Positions 47,773-57,685 are shown, counted from the stretch's first letter. The stretch is 64,000 nt of DNA from Candidatus Melainabacteria bacterium 17Bon1m (GCA_032128875.1 JAVLKG010000002.1:576001-640000), one strand, 5' to 3'. Notes: generated from the sequence alone by a model not told the origin. Translations and numbers: made by a program.

Positions 47773-48729
47773 CTAGCCTTGTTTTCCGAGAACGAAGTCC
47801 AAACCTTCAGTATAGAATTCCGCCGGCGGAATTCCATGCCCGGAATCAACTTCTAGAATTTTGGTTTCGAGATTTCGTTTTTCAAGCGCGTTATAGAGTT
47901 CTTTTTGAAAAGACGGGGGCACGATAGTGTCTTTGGTCGCGCTGATCAGAGCGAACCGCGTTTGCCCTTTCAATTGATCTATGTTCGGCAGAAAACTTTG
48001 TTTTGCATAGCGATCCGGAACCATCTCTGGTGTTCCACCAAAAGCATTTGTCAGCGCGTGAGGAATGCTTCTGTTCTTTGTTTCTTTGAAAAGCAAAGCC
48101 AGATCTCCTGCACCCTCACAACTAACCGCTCCAACAATTTTCGCTTTTACGTCTTCAGGCGCAAGGGCAGTGTAAGTAAGCGCAGTGCAGCCGCCCATTG
48201 ATGTGCCCATGATGACGATGCGATTGACGGGATATCGCTGCATTAACTCACGAATGTTTTGAGTTATGTCGGCTAAGGCTGCGTCATTTCCCCATGACCA
48301 GGCACGCCGATAATTCAGAGATGAAAAAATAATCGTGGGATGGGTGTCTCCAATGCGTTTTGCAATTGGTTGCGCATCTGGTGACACGAATGGTTCAAGA
48401 AATGTTGAGCCCATTCCGTGCAAATAAATGATCAGATCGAAACCTTGTTCAGGTTTTGGTGCGCGTGGTGCCAGCACTGCAAAACTGTCTTCCTGTCCGT
48501 CGAAGTGACTTACAAAAGTCGATTTGTTTACCAGATCTGTATTTAAAATCTCATTGACTTTGCTTTGACCTCTAACCAACGCAGCATTTTGAGCGATCAA
48601 GTTTTTCTCTCTTTTGACATGCTTCAAATGAGCAGCCGTTTGCAAAAACCAAACGAAGAAAAAGATGCCCACCAGGTTGAGCAACATCGAAACGAAAAGT
48701 GCGATAAGTATCAGGCGTGGCTTATTCAT
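47773..48729 (-). CDS. Membrane-anchored alpha/beta hydrolase
   Basis: N-terminal TM, YLHGMG, GTSMGG, KDTIV, GH. Confidence 0.8.
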   Translation of the reverse strand: MNKPRLILIALFVSMLLNLVGIFFFVWFLQTAAHLKHVKREKNLIAQNAALVRGQSKVNEILNTDLVNKSTFVSHFDGQEDSFAVLAPRAPKPEQGFDLIIYLHGMGSTFLEPFVSPDAQPIAKRIGDTHPTIIFSSLNYRRAWSWGNDAALADITQNIRELMQRYPVNRIVIMGTSMGGCTALTYTALAPEDVKAKIVGAVSCEGAGDLALLFKETKNRSIPHALTNAFGGTPEMVPDRYAKQSFLPNIDQLKGQTRFALISATKDTIVPPSFQKELYNALEKRNLETKILEVDSGHGIPPAEFYTEGLDFVLGKQG

Positions 48730-48833
48730 TGTTATCTATTAGCTGACTTCTGGATTCTACCGCCTTGTTTCAGTAATTGCTTGCTTTGAGGTAAACCTCT
48801 CTATGCTTGGGAATAATGGCCTGGAGGTGAAGA

Positions 48834-49499
48834 ATGGCAATAGGAAAGCCAATCGGAACATTATTCGCCGTATGCGCGGTTTGGGCGGCGTATCCTTTAG
48901 TTGGGCTTGCCGGCAATATAGAGGAGGCCCGCCAAATGAATTTGCGAGCCGCCGATTTTATGGCAGAAGGTAAATTGGCAGAGGCTGCAGCGAAATATCG
49001 CCAGGCTATTCAACTAAATCCGCAGTCGGCCGGCTATCACAGCAATTTGGCATTAGTGCTGAAAGATTTGAACCAACTGCCGGCCGCCGAGCAAGAAGCT
49101 CGGCTGGCAGTCAAGCTGAACGGTAAAAAGCCCTCGTATAAATACAATTTGGGTGTTATTTTGCAGCGCCAGGAAAAGTACGCCGAAGCCGAAACTTACT
49201 TTGCGGAAGTTGTTAGAAGTAATGCCTTGGATGCGGATTTCCGTTATCGCCATGCCCAGGTTCTGTTCAAGCTTGATAAATTTCAAGAGGCACAGGACGA
49301 AATGAAAATGGCGCTTCTGGTAAAACCGAATGAGCGTGATTACCACTTACTTCTTGGGGATGCTTATTACAAGCTTGGAAAGAAGGAAGAGGCATTATCC
49401 GAATACAGACGGTTGATGGACGGACAAAGCGAAGAGGACTTGACGCCCGATTTGAAAGCCAGAATTAACTACTTAAAACAGGTCTTGAATACTCGTTAG
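48834..49499 (+). CDS. Exported TPR protein
   Basis: Signal peptide; YRQAIQLNP, YKYNLG, LLGDAY TPR motifs. Confidence 0.85.
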   Translation: MAIGKPIGTLFAVCAVWAAYPLVGLAGNIEEARQMNLRAADFMAEGKLAEAAAKYRQAIQLNPQSAGYHSNLALVLKDLNQLPAAEQEARLAVKLNGKKPSYKYNLGVILQRQEKYAEAETYFAEVVRSNALDADFRYRHAQVLFKLDKFQEAQDEMKMALLVKPNERDYHLLLGDAYYKLGKKEEALSEYRRLMDGQSEEDLTPDLKARINYLKQVLNTR

Positions 49500-49563
49500 G
49501 CTCATATTTGCTACTGTAATGTGAGATTTGTTCGCAAGAGATCTATTTATGCTTCAGTGAGTT

Positions 49564-50787
49564 ATGCCCGAGCAAGAAAAACCAAAAATAGATGACAAGA
49601 CTCAGGAGCAGTTGGCAAAGCTAGCGCTCGTTCAGCGTCAACTTACGGTTGTTGCACTGTCTTTTGCAGCGCTGTATTTGTGTTGTCAGGTGGCGTCTTA
49701 CTTCGCTGATATCTTGCGAATTCTCGGCATATCGATTTTGCTCTCGTACTTATTCATCAATGTCGTCGACTGGTTGGAAAAGTATGTTCATTCCAGAGCG
49801 GGCGCAATTTTTATCGTTTACTTTGTCCTTGGCGTTACGGCTATTGTTGCTGCCGTGCTCGTAGTTCCGGCCATGATCTATCAGGTCGCGCAGTTGGGAG
49901 AAACAATCTTCCAGCAAATTCCTCAGATCGTAGACAAACTGATTGCTGCGTTGCATCCATTGGAAGAGAAATTGCATGCGGCAAAAATTGAAGTGAAGGC
50001 GATGGACATTCTGTCTACTTTTGCCTCTAATCTTCCGAAGCCGGATTCGTCACAAATTCTTTCGCGCATCCAAGATATGGCTTTTTCCACCATGACGATT
50101 TTCATGTATGGATTGAGCGTTTTGGTTGTGTCTTTCTATTTTTTACTTGACGGACACCGTATCAGAGATTCGATTATCAAGCTCTTTCCAAGGCGGATCC
50201 AGCATCGCTGTCATCTTATGGCACAGCAGATGGATAGCAGTCTGCAGGCGTTTTTCCGCGGACAGATTGTGCTTGGGCTGTTGTTCGGTGGCATCATGAT
50301 CGGCGTGTATTTTGCGTTAGGAATACATTACGCGCTTATTTTGGGTGTCTTTCTAGCGGTATGGGAAATCGTACCTGTAATTGGTCCGCCGATAGGATTT
50401 ATTCCCGCCGCTGTCGTTGTAGCAATTGATGGAATGGATACTTTTCAGGTAAATCGTTTTGCACAAATTCTGATTTTGTTTGCTGTCTTCAACGGGTTTC
50501 AGTGGTTAAAAGATAATCTGGTGGCGCCTCGGTATATCGGCAATGTGATCGGTTTGCATCCTGTCATGGTTTTTATCGCGATTATGATTGGGGCTCGATT
50601 GGATGGCATGCTTGGAATTATTTTTTCCTTGCCGGCCGCATGCGTGCTGAATGTGTTTTTCAATAATTTGTATGTGGAAAAGGAAACACAAGATGCAGCC
50701 GAGGAAGGAAACGCGAGTATTCTGCCTGAGCCGAAAGTTATAAGAGCTCAAGTGGGCAGTGGCAGCGAGGTTCATTCAGATTCTTAG
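49564..50787 (+). CDS. AI-2E family transporter (PerM-like)
   Basis: FYFLLDG, FFRGQ, VPVIGP, NLVAPRYIG..GLHP, GIIFSLP. Confidence 0.88.
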   Translation: MPEQEKPKIDDKTQEQLAKLALVQRQLTVVALSFAALYLCCQVASYFADILRILGISILLSYLFINVVDWLEKYVHSRAGAIFIVYFVLGVTAIVAAVLVVPAMIYQVAQLGETIFQQIPQIVDKLIAALHPLEEKLHAAKIEVKAMDILSTFASNLPKPDSSQILSRIQDMAFSTMTIFMYGLSVLVVSFYFLLDGHRIRDSIIKLFPRRIQHRCHLMAQQMDSSLQAFFRGQIVLGLLFGGIMIGVYFALGIHYALILGVFLAVWEIVPVIGPPIGFIPAAVVVAIDGMDTFQVNRFAQILILFAVFNGFQWLKDNLVAPRYIGNVIGLHPVMVFIAIMIGARLDGMLGIIFSLPAACVLNVFFNNLYVEKETQDAAEEGNASILPEPKVIRAQVGSGSEVHSDS

Positions 50788-50904
50788 GATTCGAAAGGAA
50801 AGACAGTGCGGCAGCGCTGATTTGGGTTAATAGCTCTTTTGTAGACTAATGAATCCCAGGTGTGATGCGGGGTTTCATCGACTTTTCAGGAGTCGATTTG
50901 GCTC

Positions 50905-50946
50905 TTGCTTTGCCTGTTGAAACGTGGTATACATATGTATGGTATC
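50905..50946 (+). promoter_or_regulatory. Putative imuA promoter with overlapping ATAC-N4-GTAT operator
   Basis: TTGCTT (50905) -17 bp- TATACA (50928) with TG extension; perfect palindrome ATACATATGTAT 50929-50940 followed by GGTATC. Confidence 0.6.
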
Positions 50947-51028
50947 GAAAAAACGTAGCAGTACAGCAAGTCGGGGCGCACCTGGCTTGTTTGTATGGGA
51001 TTAGCCGTATCTAGAAGAAACTACAAAA

Positions 51029-51814
51029 ATGGGCAGTCAAGTCAGTGTTTTTGCATTAAAGCAGCAATTAGAGCAGCTTTTCCCAGGGAAGTGGTTCTCT
51101 GCCGAAAAGAGGCATAAAGCGCTTTTGACTGGAGTTGCAGAGGTCGATGCAAAACTGGTCAATGGACTTTTGCGCAGACGTATTACTGAGTGGGCTGGAA
51201 GCATCTCATCAGGTAAAACGACACTGCTTCGCAAGGCTGTGGCAAATTGGTGTTCTGCAGGATTGCATGTCGCCTACATAGATCCATCCGGCCGTCTTTC
51301 TGCGGAAGATTGGGCTTTTGTTGGCGATGGTAATTTTGCATCAGCATCTACTCCCAGCCTTGTTACTTCCAAAGGAAAGTTTTGGGTTGTTCGCAATTTG
51401 ACTGTAAATCCAGAATTAAATTCTATGTGGGCGGCAGAGCAATTATTGCAGTCTCAAGTATTTGATGTGGTTATTTTTGACAGTGAGAATTTGCGTATTA
51501 CAAGTCGAATGCATGCGCGTCTAAAACGTGCTCTCGACAGATCAAAAGCTGCATTGATTGTTCTTCGCGATAACAATCGAGTAAGTAATTTTTCTAATAG
51601 TTGGGGCTTTCATACCCAGTTGAATTTTTCATGGGATTTGCCCATCGATTCACAAGATGGATTGTCTGGCTGTGCTGCTTTTATGCCAGCTATTAAAGGA
51701 AATGTTCTCAGGGATGGACTCTCTCAAGCTATAGAGGTGCGGGGAAAATCAAATGTCTCGAATAGCCTGTTTACGCATTCCCCGATTCCCGATCGCCGCA
51801 CAGCTAAAGTATGA
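51029..51814 (+). CDS. imuA: ImuA-like RecA-family mutagenesis protein
   Basis: TGVAEVD...GL..RRITEWAGSISSGKT, VAYIDP, WAAEQLLQS..FDVVIFD, ARLKRA; overlaps imuB. Confidence 0.8.
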   Translation: MGSQVSVFALKQQLEQLFPGKWFSAEKRHKALLTGVAEVDAKLVNGLLRRRITEWAGSISSGKTTLLRKAVANWCSAGLHVAYIDPSGRLSAEDWAFVGDGNFASASTPSLVTSKGKFWVVRNLTVNPELNSMWAAEQLLQSQVFDVVIFDSENLRITSRMHARLKRALDRSKAALIVLRDNNRVSNFSNSWGFHTQLNFSWDLPIDSQDGLSGCAAFMPAIKGNVLRDGLSQAIEVRGKSNVSNSLFTHSPIPDRRTAKV

Positions 51815-53357
51815 CCCTTCTTTGAAGAACAAACCGCTGGTTCTTGTAACTGGCGCAGAGGGGCGAAAGACTCTCAGTCAAAAAGTTGTAGCCTGTTCGA
51901 TTCAAGCAAGCAAGGAATATATACAGCCTGGAATGCGGCTTTCTGAAGCGCGTGCCATTTGTGGTGATTTGATTTCATTGCAATACGACACAAAATTATA
52001 TGAAGAAGCGCAAACAGAAATTGCCAGATTGCTCATCAATCTTTCACCACGTGTTTCGGCTTTAGAGCCAGGAATATTTTTACTTGATGCTTCCGGACTT
52101 TCACATCTTGGTGGTGAAAGTCGATTAGCGACCAATGCGCTTAAGATTTTGAGCAAGCTAAGTTATGTAGAAGCACGAGTTGGGATTGCAGACAGTGCTT
52201 TTTCTGCTTCGATTGCTACTCGCCTCAAAGGGCGCCGCTGGCACATGGTGCCTCAAGGTAAGGACAAATTATTTATAGCTCCAATGCCTGTTGAGTATCT
52301 TCCGCTTGGACAAGAGTCCGTAGATATTTTGAAGGACTTGGGCATCAAAACAATTGGTGATTTTGCCGCTCTTTCAATTACTTCTGTTGCGGAACGATTT
52401 AGCGAAGAAGGCAGAAAAGCGCATGAACTTGCACTTGGCTTAGATCACAGAAGACCTACATTGCCTCAAGTTTTCAAAGACCGACAGTGCTCAATGGAAA
52501 TTGGTGCACCAATTGAATCTCTTAATCAGACTTTATTTATTTTGAAGTCTCTTATCGATCGATTGTCTTCTGATTTGAAAAGAGATGGTTTATGCGCAGA
52601 AGAGCTTTTAATCAGTTTTTTTAACGAAAATGATTTGTTTGATGAGCGACCAATCAAGCTAATTGCTCCGACCAATAGTGCCAAGTTTCTTGTTGAAGTG
52701 ATCAAACTTTCTCTTGAAACAACAAAGCTTCAAAGAGAATTTACTGGAGTGCGGATTTCTGTTCAGCGTTATTGCGATGAGACATGGCAGCAGTCGCACC
52801 TCTCCGTTTCTGCAAATGCCAATGAGCAACTAGAGCTAAATGAGCCTTCTATGCTGCTTTTACAGAGACTCACGACTCGTCTGGGTGAAGGAAAGGTCGT
52901 GCAGCCTCAAGCAAGTGATGGATATGCACTTACAGGAAGCGGGTGTTGGACTCCTGTTATCGATACGAAAGCTAGAAGTATAAAGAGGACGGTTGCCGAA
53001 ACATACAAGCAGGCAGTCAATCCTGTCGATGTTGACTATATTTTAAAACGAGCTGGTGCTGCCGGTTTGGTTTCAAATTTGGTTTTGAAAAAACCGCATG
53101 AGCCTGTCAAAGTGATGGTGGAATTAAAGGACGAGCAACCAGTTTCACTGGCATATGCAGGCAACTGGTATCGCATTTCTTTAATCACCACTCCGGAATG
53201 TTTGTCTGGCTTTTGGTGGGATAAATTGATTCGCAATTCATATTATGTGGCAATGATTCAACCTTCTCAAAGATCGCAAATCAGCGAAAGCTTGGTTGTT
53301 CTTCTCGCCAAAGAGCACCTCAAAGATACCTGGCAAATTGAAGGGGTCTATGACTGA
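51753..53357 (+). CDS. imuB: ImuB, catalytically inactive Y-family polymerase scaffold
   Basis: IACLRIPRF (no catalytic Asp), GMRLSEARA, SPRVS, LDASG, LGIKTIGDF, LTTRLG, PECLSGFWW..YY...WQIEGVYD. Confidence 0.85.
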   Translation: MSRIACLRIPRFPIAAQLKYDPSLKNKPLVLVTGAEGRKTLSQKVVACSIQASKEYIQPGMRLSEARAICGDLISLQYDTKLYEEAQTEIARLLINLSPRVSALEPGIFLLDASGLSHLGGESRLATNALKILSKLSYVEARVGIADSAFSASIATRLKGRRWHMVPQGKDKLFIAPMPVEYLPLGQESVDILKDLGIKTIGDFAALSITSVAERFSEEGRKAHELALGLDHRRPTLPQVFKDRQCSMEIGAPIESLNQTLFILKSLIDRLSSDLKRDGLCAEELLISFFNENDLFDERPIKLIAPTNSAKFLVEVIKLSLETTKLQREFTGVRISVQRYCDETWQQSHLSVSANANEQLELNEPSMLLLQRLTTRLGEGKVVQPQASDGYALTGSGCWTPVIDTKARSIKRTVAETYKQAVNPVDVDYILKRAGAAGLVSNLVLKKPHEPVKVMVELKDEQPVSLAYAGNWYRISLITTPECLSGFWWDKLIRNSYYVAMIQPSQRSQISESLVVLLAKEHLKDTWQIEGVYD

Positions 53358-53416
53358 AGATGCCAGCTTGTGACGTCTTTTGGGATTAATCTTAGTGCTG
53401 ACCAAAAAGCCATGCC

Positions 53417-55264
53417 TTGCGTATAGATACACATGGGCAATTAGGCTTTCATCCAAAAATGACGTTACCATTAGAGCAGCTTACGCCTGCTCTTGCACCT
53501 CCGCGCAACGAAACCAGTGAGCGTCTTTATCAGGATGCTCGTGATTACGGGCGTTTTGAATCTCCGCGCTCAACCACCCTGGCTTTCGAACCGCAGTTGC
53601 AAGGCTTTCCAAAATCGGATTTGCTTCTGGCAAGTTTTGAAATTCCTGCTGCGCCTGTTGCCGGTGATAGAAAGACCTTCACTAAGGCTATTGATGGTCT
53701 CAGCGCTGAGCGTCGCGAGCGTTTTTACAATCGCATGGAAGCGTTTGAAACGCGTGCCCGCGCCGAACGTCTCGCTCCCGAGCAAATCGATGCGACTTAC
53801 CGGCAGATCAACCGTTTAATTTCAACTCGCACCAATACGCTCACCGACGAGCAACGCCTCAATATTGCCGAACAAGTAATGTCCATGACCGCTGATCCGA
53901 CAACAATAGATCAAGGGGTGCATGACACTTGCGGTGCCGCCGTCATTGAAGTAAGAACCTATATACGACACCCTGAGAAAGCCATCAAGCTTGTTGCAGA
54001 CGCCGCGTTAAATGCAGAGGTTCTGACTAAAAACGGTGTTGCCTTGCCTATTGATACTACTCCGCACGATACCTCGAAATTGGATGCTCCTAAATCAGGA
54101 CAGAGAAGTCATGCCAGCGAACTCTTTCAGGTGGCGGCCATAAATCTGGTCATCAACGACGGGCTAGGAAAGAAGGAAGGCAGCCTTGCATATCGTCAAA
54201 ATGACAGAAGACCCGAGACAGTCAATCTCGGAGAAATGGTCGTCGATTTTTCTTTTCATCCGCCGCGGGAAAAGAAATTCGAGGGATTATATGTGGCTGA
54301 TGTTTTGCGAATGAATCGATTGGTGACGGGAGAGGACGAGCCGGAATTGGTCTTGTGGAAAGCAAATACTCTGGGCGGTAAGCAGTATGGAAAACCATTT
54401 ACCAATGAAACCGAGATGGAAAGCGCGCTTCTAGAAGCCAAAATGAATGGCAAACTGCCTGCTGTGATCTACGTCTACAGCGGCAATGATCCCCTCTGGC
54501 AAGATGCTCCCAACATCAATGATGGAGGCCGTGGCGACGGACATTACATAAACGTCACGGACATAACTCTCGGCAAACAACCTTCAGTTGAAATAGACAG
54601 CACCTGGTGGAGGCGCGCAGACCATTTGAAGAGCACCGGCTCGTCTGTGAAGCTCTCGGATCTCTACCTCTCTTCTCTGCCTCCAAAGGATGCTGAAGCC
54701 CAATTGCGCCAGGAGTTGTCCGCTGCTGTAAAAGCTGGAAAGCCTGATGCTGCGCGGCAAATCGCATTGGCTCGTCAGGAGTGGGTCAATGGAAAAATCG
54801 ATACAAATGGGCTGGAAAGCTCGCTTCGTGAGCTTCTTCTCTATGCCGATATGCGCTGGCAGAACGAAAAGCGCGCCGGAAAGCTGAACACCGACGAGCA
54901 GTCTCGTGCGTTAACCAAGGCTATGGAAGCTGTCGATCGCTTGCCTTACGCCAATAAGGTAAGAATGCTGGAAACCCTCAAGAATAAAGGCATTATTGAT
55001 AGTACTGAATACGTGTCTGCATTGGTTGCCACTTCAAACGAAATGACCGAGCAGCGAATGATGATGACTTTTGCCGGCGAGCACGATCCGCAGAGGGAAT
55101 TAGGCTTCCGCCGCGCCCAGGACGAGCTTTCTCAGCGTTTTGACGCTTTGAGCCCCGATGTTCGCCGTATGGTCGACGAGCAGTTGCGCCGTGGACAGAA
55201 TGCTGACAATACCGGCTTCTACGCCTCCCGTGCAAAAGAAAGGCGTGACCGGCGGAAATTATAA
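53417..55264 (+). CDS. Hypothetical protein with possible papain-like Cys-His-Asp peptidase core; likely start ATG 53459
   Basis: IDQGVHDTCGAA, GDGHYINV, EIDSTWW in order, flanked by helical regions. Confidence 0.5.
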   Translation: MRIDTHGQLGFHPKMTLPLEQLTPALAPPRNETSERLYQDARDYGRFESPRSTTLAFEPQLQGFPKSDLLLASFEIPAAPVAGDRKTFTKAIDGLSAERRERFYNRMEAFETRARAERLAPEQIDATYRQINRLISTRTNTLTDEQRLNIAEQVMSMTADPTTIDQGVHDTCGAAVIEVRTYIRHPEKAIKLVADAALNAEVLTKNGVALPIDTTPHDTSKLDAPKSGQRSHASELFQVAAINLVINDGLGKKEGSLAYRQNDRRPETVNLGEMVVDFSFHPPREKKFEGLYVADVLRMNRLVTGEDEPELVLWKANTLGGKQYGKPFTNETEMESALLEAKMNGKLPAVIYVYSGNDPLWQDAPNINDGGRGDGHYINVTDITLGKQPSVEIDSTWWRRADHLKSTGSSVKLSDLYLSSLPPKDAEAQLRQELSAAVKAGKPDAARQIALARQEWVNGKIDTNGLESSLRELLLYADMRWQNEKRAGKLNTDEQSRALTKAMEAVDRLPYANKVRMLETLKNKGIIDSTEYVSALVATSNEMTEQRMMMTFAGEHDPQRELGFRRAQDELSQRFDALSPDVRRMVDEQLRRGQNADNTGFYASRAKERRDRRKL

Positions 55265-55428
55265 GGAATATATGCGCGGGCCTAGCGCTCCTTGAAACTT
55301 TCAGACCTGGCCCATGTCTCTAAAATGGATAAAGTTTTCATCCTGTTATGAGCCAGATCGCGGTCTATTGCTTGATATGCGGCTGTCAAGTCTGGTAATT
55401 TTGGGTTTAACCGACTGCAGAGTAAAAA

Positions 55429-56184
55429 ATGCCCAGGTTTGTGGATGCATTGCCAACCGATCGTCAACTTCTCAGCCTCTTTGTGCCGCTGGGAATATTG
55501 GGTCGCATTCTTGCTTGTTTGTTCAACCCGACCTGCTATTCCCGCATAGATTTAGAAGAGTTCAAACAGATTTGCAATTATCTTGGTCCCAAGTCCCTGC
55601 CACTCATCGTCGTCACCGCTATCTTCATTTCACTGGCACTTACAATCGAGACGATTCTCGAGACGACCAGATACGGGGCGCAAGATAGTTCGGGCGCTGC
55701 CATTTCTATAGGTTTGCTGCGCGAACTCGGTCCTCTCACGGTTAGCATTTTCTGGGCCGCTCGAGTGACTGTGCTTTTGTCCTACAACGCAAAGTTGTAT
55801 GTGGATGCCAACGGCTCCAAGGACTTTATTGAAGTGTTTGTATTTCCGCGCTTTCTTGCCGGACTAATCATGGCAATTCCTCTGGCCAGTTTCGGCTTGG
55901 TCTTTGGCTTCGCCACAGCTGCTTTCTATGCGCCGACTATTGGAGTCAGCTCGTGGCAAGAATTTTTAGAGATAGCCCGCGTTTCCATCCACGAGAAAGA
56001 TATCGTGGTCTACTTTGTCAAACTTGTGTTGCTCAATCCAATTATCGCTGTCATCGTCGGCAGTGCATGCGGACTTTATTCAAATGAAGATGGTGGTACT
56101 ACCGCTTCCCATGCGGTTTCTAAAATGTTCATCTACGCGGTAATCGCCAATTTCGTTTTCACTTACTTTATGTTCCCCATCTAA
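55429..56184 (+). CDS. mlaE: MlaE family ABC permease (divergent)
   Basis: GPKSLPL, LLRELGPL, VFPRFLAG; precedes an MCE-domain gene. Confidence 0.75.
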   Translation: MPRFVDALPTDRQLLSLFVPLGILGRILACLFNPTCYSRIDLEEFKQICNYLGPKSLPLIVVTAIFISLALTIETILETTRYGAQDSSGAAISIGLLRELGPLTVSIFWAARVTVLLSYNAKLYVDANGSKDFIEVFVFPRFLAGLIMAIPLASFGLVFGFATAAFYAPTIGVSSWQEFLEIARVSIHEKDIVVYFVKLVLLNPIIAVIVGSACGLYSNEDGGTTASHAVSKMFIYAVIANFVFTYFMFPI

Positions 56185-56204
56185 AAGGAAGAATAGGCGC
56201 CTCA

Positions 56205-57479
56205 ATGTCAATCACTACCGATTCCAACTCGGCAATTCGCGATGGACGCCTGGGCGTTTTTGTTCTCATCGCCATCATTTTTTTGATGGGTTCATATCTG
56301 TGGTTCAAGGCTGTTTCGCCCTGGAATCCACAACAAAGATTTGAAGTCCGTTTTCATGAAATCGCAGCTCTCAATGATAATGCGCCGATTCTTGTAAATG
56401 GCGTCCGCGTCGGGTCTGTTGAAAGTATTCATTTGAAGGGCAAAGACTCAGTGCATGTAAAAATGCAGATCAACAAATCGAAGATCACCATTCCCGAAGG
56501 TGCGACGTTCAAAATCTTGAGTAATAACGTAGTCGGCGTTAAGTACGTCGACATCTCGCTGCCGAGGAGCGATCCGAATAAGCCACAGCCTCGTCCTCTT
56601 GATGAAACGATGGAGGTTGTTGGGCAAGATCCGGGTCGACCGGAAGTGATTATCGATGAATTGACCGCTAGTCTGAGCAAAATCAGTTTTGACAAACTGG
56701 AGAAGAAGGTTGCGGAGAATTTCGATGATCTTTCGATTGCCACAAAAAACATTTCCAAAGCTTCAGAGAAATTAGGACCGGTTGCCGACAAGACAATCCT
56801 TATGGAAGATAAGGTGGGTGTCCTTGCTGACGAAGTGAGAACAACCTCGAAGCGAATCAACAAGATTATCGAAAACCCGCAGTTTGTTGCTGACATAAAA
56901 GAGACAGCTAAGCGAGCGCGCGATGTCGCAGCTTCTATTGAAAGGACGATGAATCAGGTCGACTCCTTACTTGCCGATAGAGAATTGCGCAACGACGTCA
57001 AAGAATCGCTGGCTCGTTTGAACGATGCGACGAAGCATGTTCAAAGTGGATTGGAAACTTTCGAAAAAATCGCTCAGGACAAAGACGTTCGCAGTGACTT
57101 GAAGGCGATTATGGTCGATGCTCGGCAAACGCTGGATAAGGTCTATCGCATGGTCAACAGTCCTGGATTTGGAGACGATCTCAAAGGTACTCTCAAGAAC
57201 ACAAATCAGGCTCTGGAAAACATCAATACTGTCACGCTTCAGGTCAATCAGATTTTGAGTAAGCGACATCCTTTGCTGCACATGATTTTTGGTGCTCCCG
57301 GCAAATTGGATGTGAAGGCGCGTCTTCACAAGAAGGAAGGCGACAGCAAGGATAAAGACAAAGGCACGAACGCGAAGAATTCCAACGATTCGTCGCATTC
57401 GAAAGAGGCTTCTTCTTCGACTCCGCCAACTACGCCCGTCGTAGATGAGATAGACAAGCAAGCTCCAGCCAACGATTGA
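56205..57479 (+). CDS. mlaD: MlaD/MCE family protein with long helical region
   Basis: N-terminal TM, F.EIAALNDNAPILVNGVRVGSV, VVGVKYVDI, then coiled-coil. Confidence 0.85.
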   Translation: MSITTDSNSAIRDGRLGVFVLIAIIFLMGSYLWFKAVSPWNPQQRFEVRFHEIAALNDNAPILVNGVRVGSVESIHLKGKDSVHVKMQINKSKITIPEGATFKILSNNVVGVKYVDISLPRSDPNKPQPRPLDETMEVVGQDPGRPEVIIDELTASLSKISFDKLEKKVAENFDDLSIATKNISKASEKLGPVADKTILMEDKVGVLADEVRTTSKRINKIIENPQFVADIKETAKRARDVAASIERTMNQVDSLLADRELRNDVKESLARLNDATKHVQSGLETFEKIAQDKDVRSDLKAIMVDARQTLDKVYRMVNSPGFGDDLKGTLKNTNQALENINTVTLQVNQILSKRHPLLHMIFGAPGKLDVKARLHKKEGDSKDKDKGTNAKNSNDSSHSKEASSSTPPTTPVVDEIDKQAPAND

Positions 57480-57513
57480 ACGTTTTTCGTTTCGACATCT
57501 GTTGGATATTGTA

Positions 57514-57542
57514 TTGTCAGCCATACGAAAGTATGGTATCTT
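57514..57542 (+). promoter_or_regulatory. Putative dnaE2 promoter with palindromic operator in the -35/-10 spacer
   Basis: TTGTCA (57514) -17 bp- TATCTT (57537) with TG extension; spacer holds CCATAC-GAAA-GTATGG (57521-57536). Confidence 0.7.
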
Positions 57543-57685
57543 GAGAGATCTAGAACCTTTTAAACAATATTGAGTTGTGAATCTTTCTCGAAAGGCTTGC
57601 AGTAGCTAAAGCCGAGCCTTCGCATGTTTATGTTTGAAAGTTTCTAGACCTGGAAATCCCTGAAGAATTACATCTAAAAGTTGCC

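Noticed and set aside
53358-57685. Mobile element as the cause of the imuB/dnaE2 split
   Set aside because: No integrase or transposase, and no terminal or direct repeats found at the junctions by eye.
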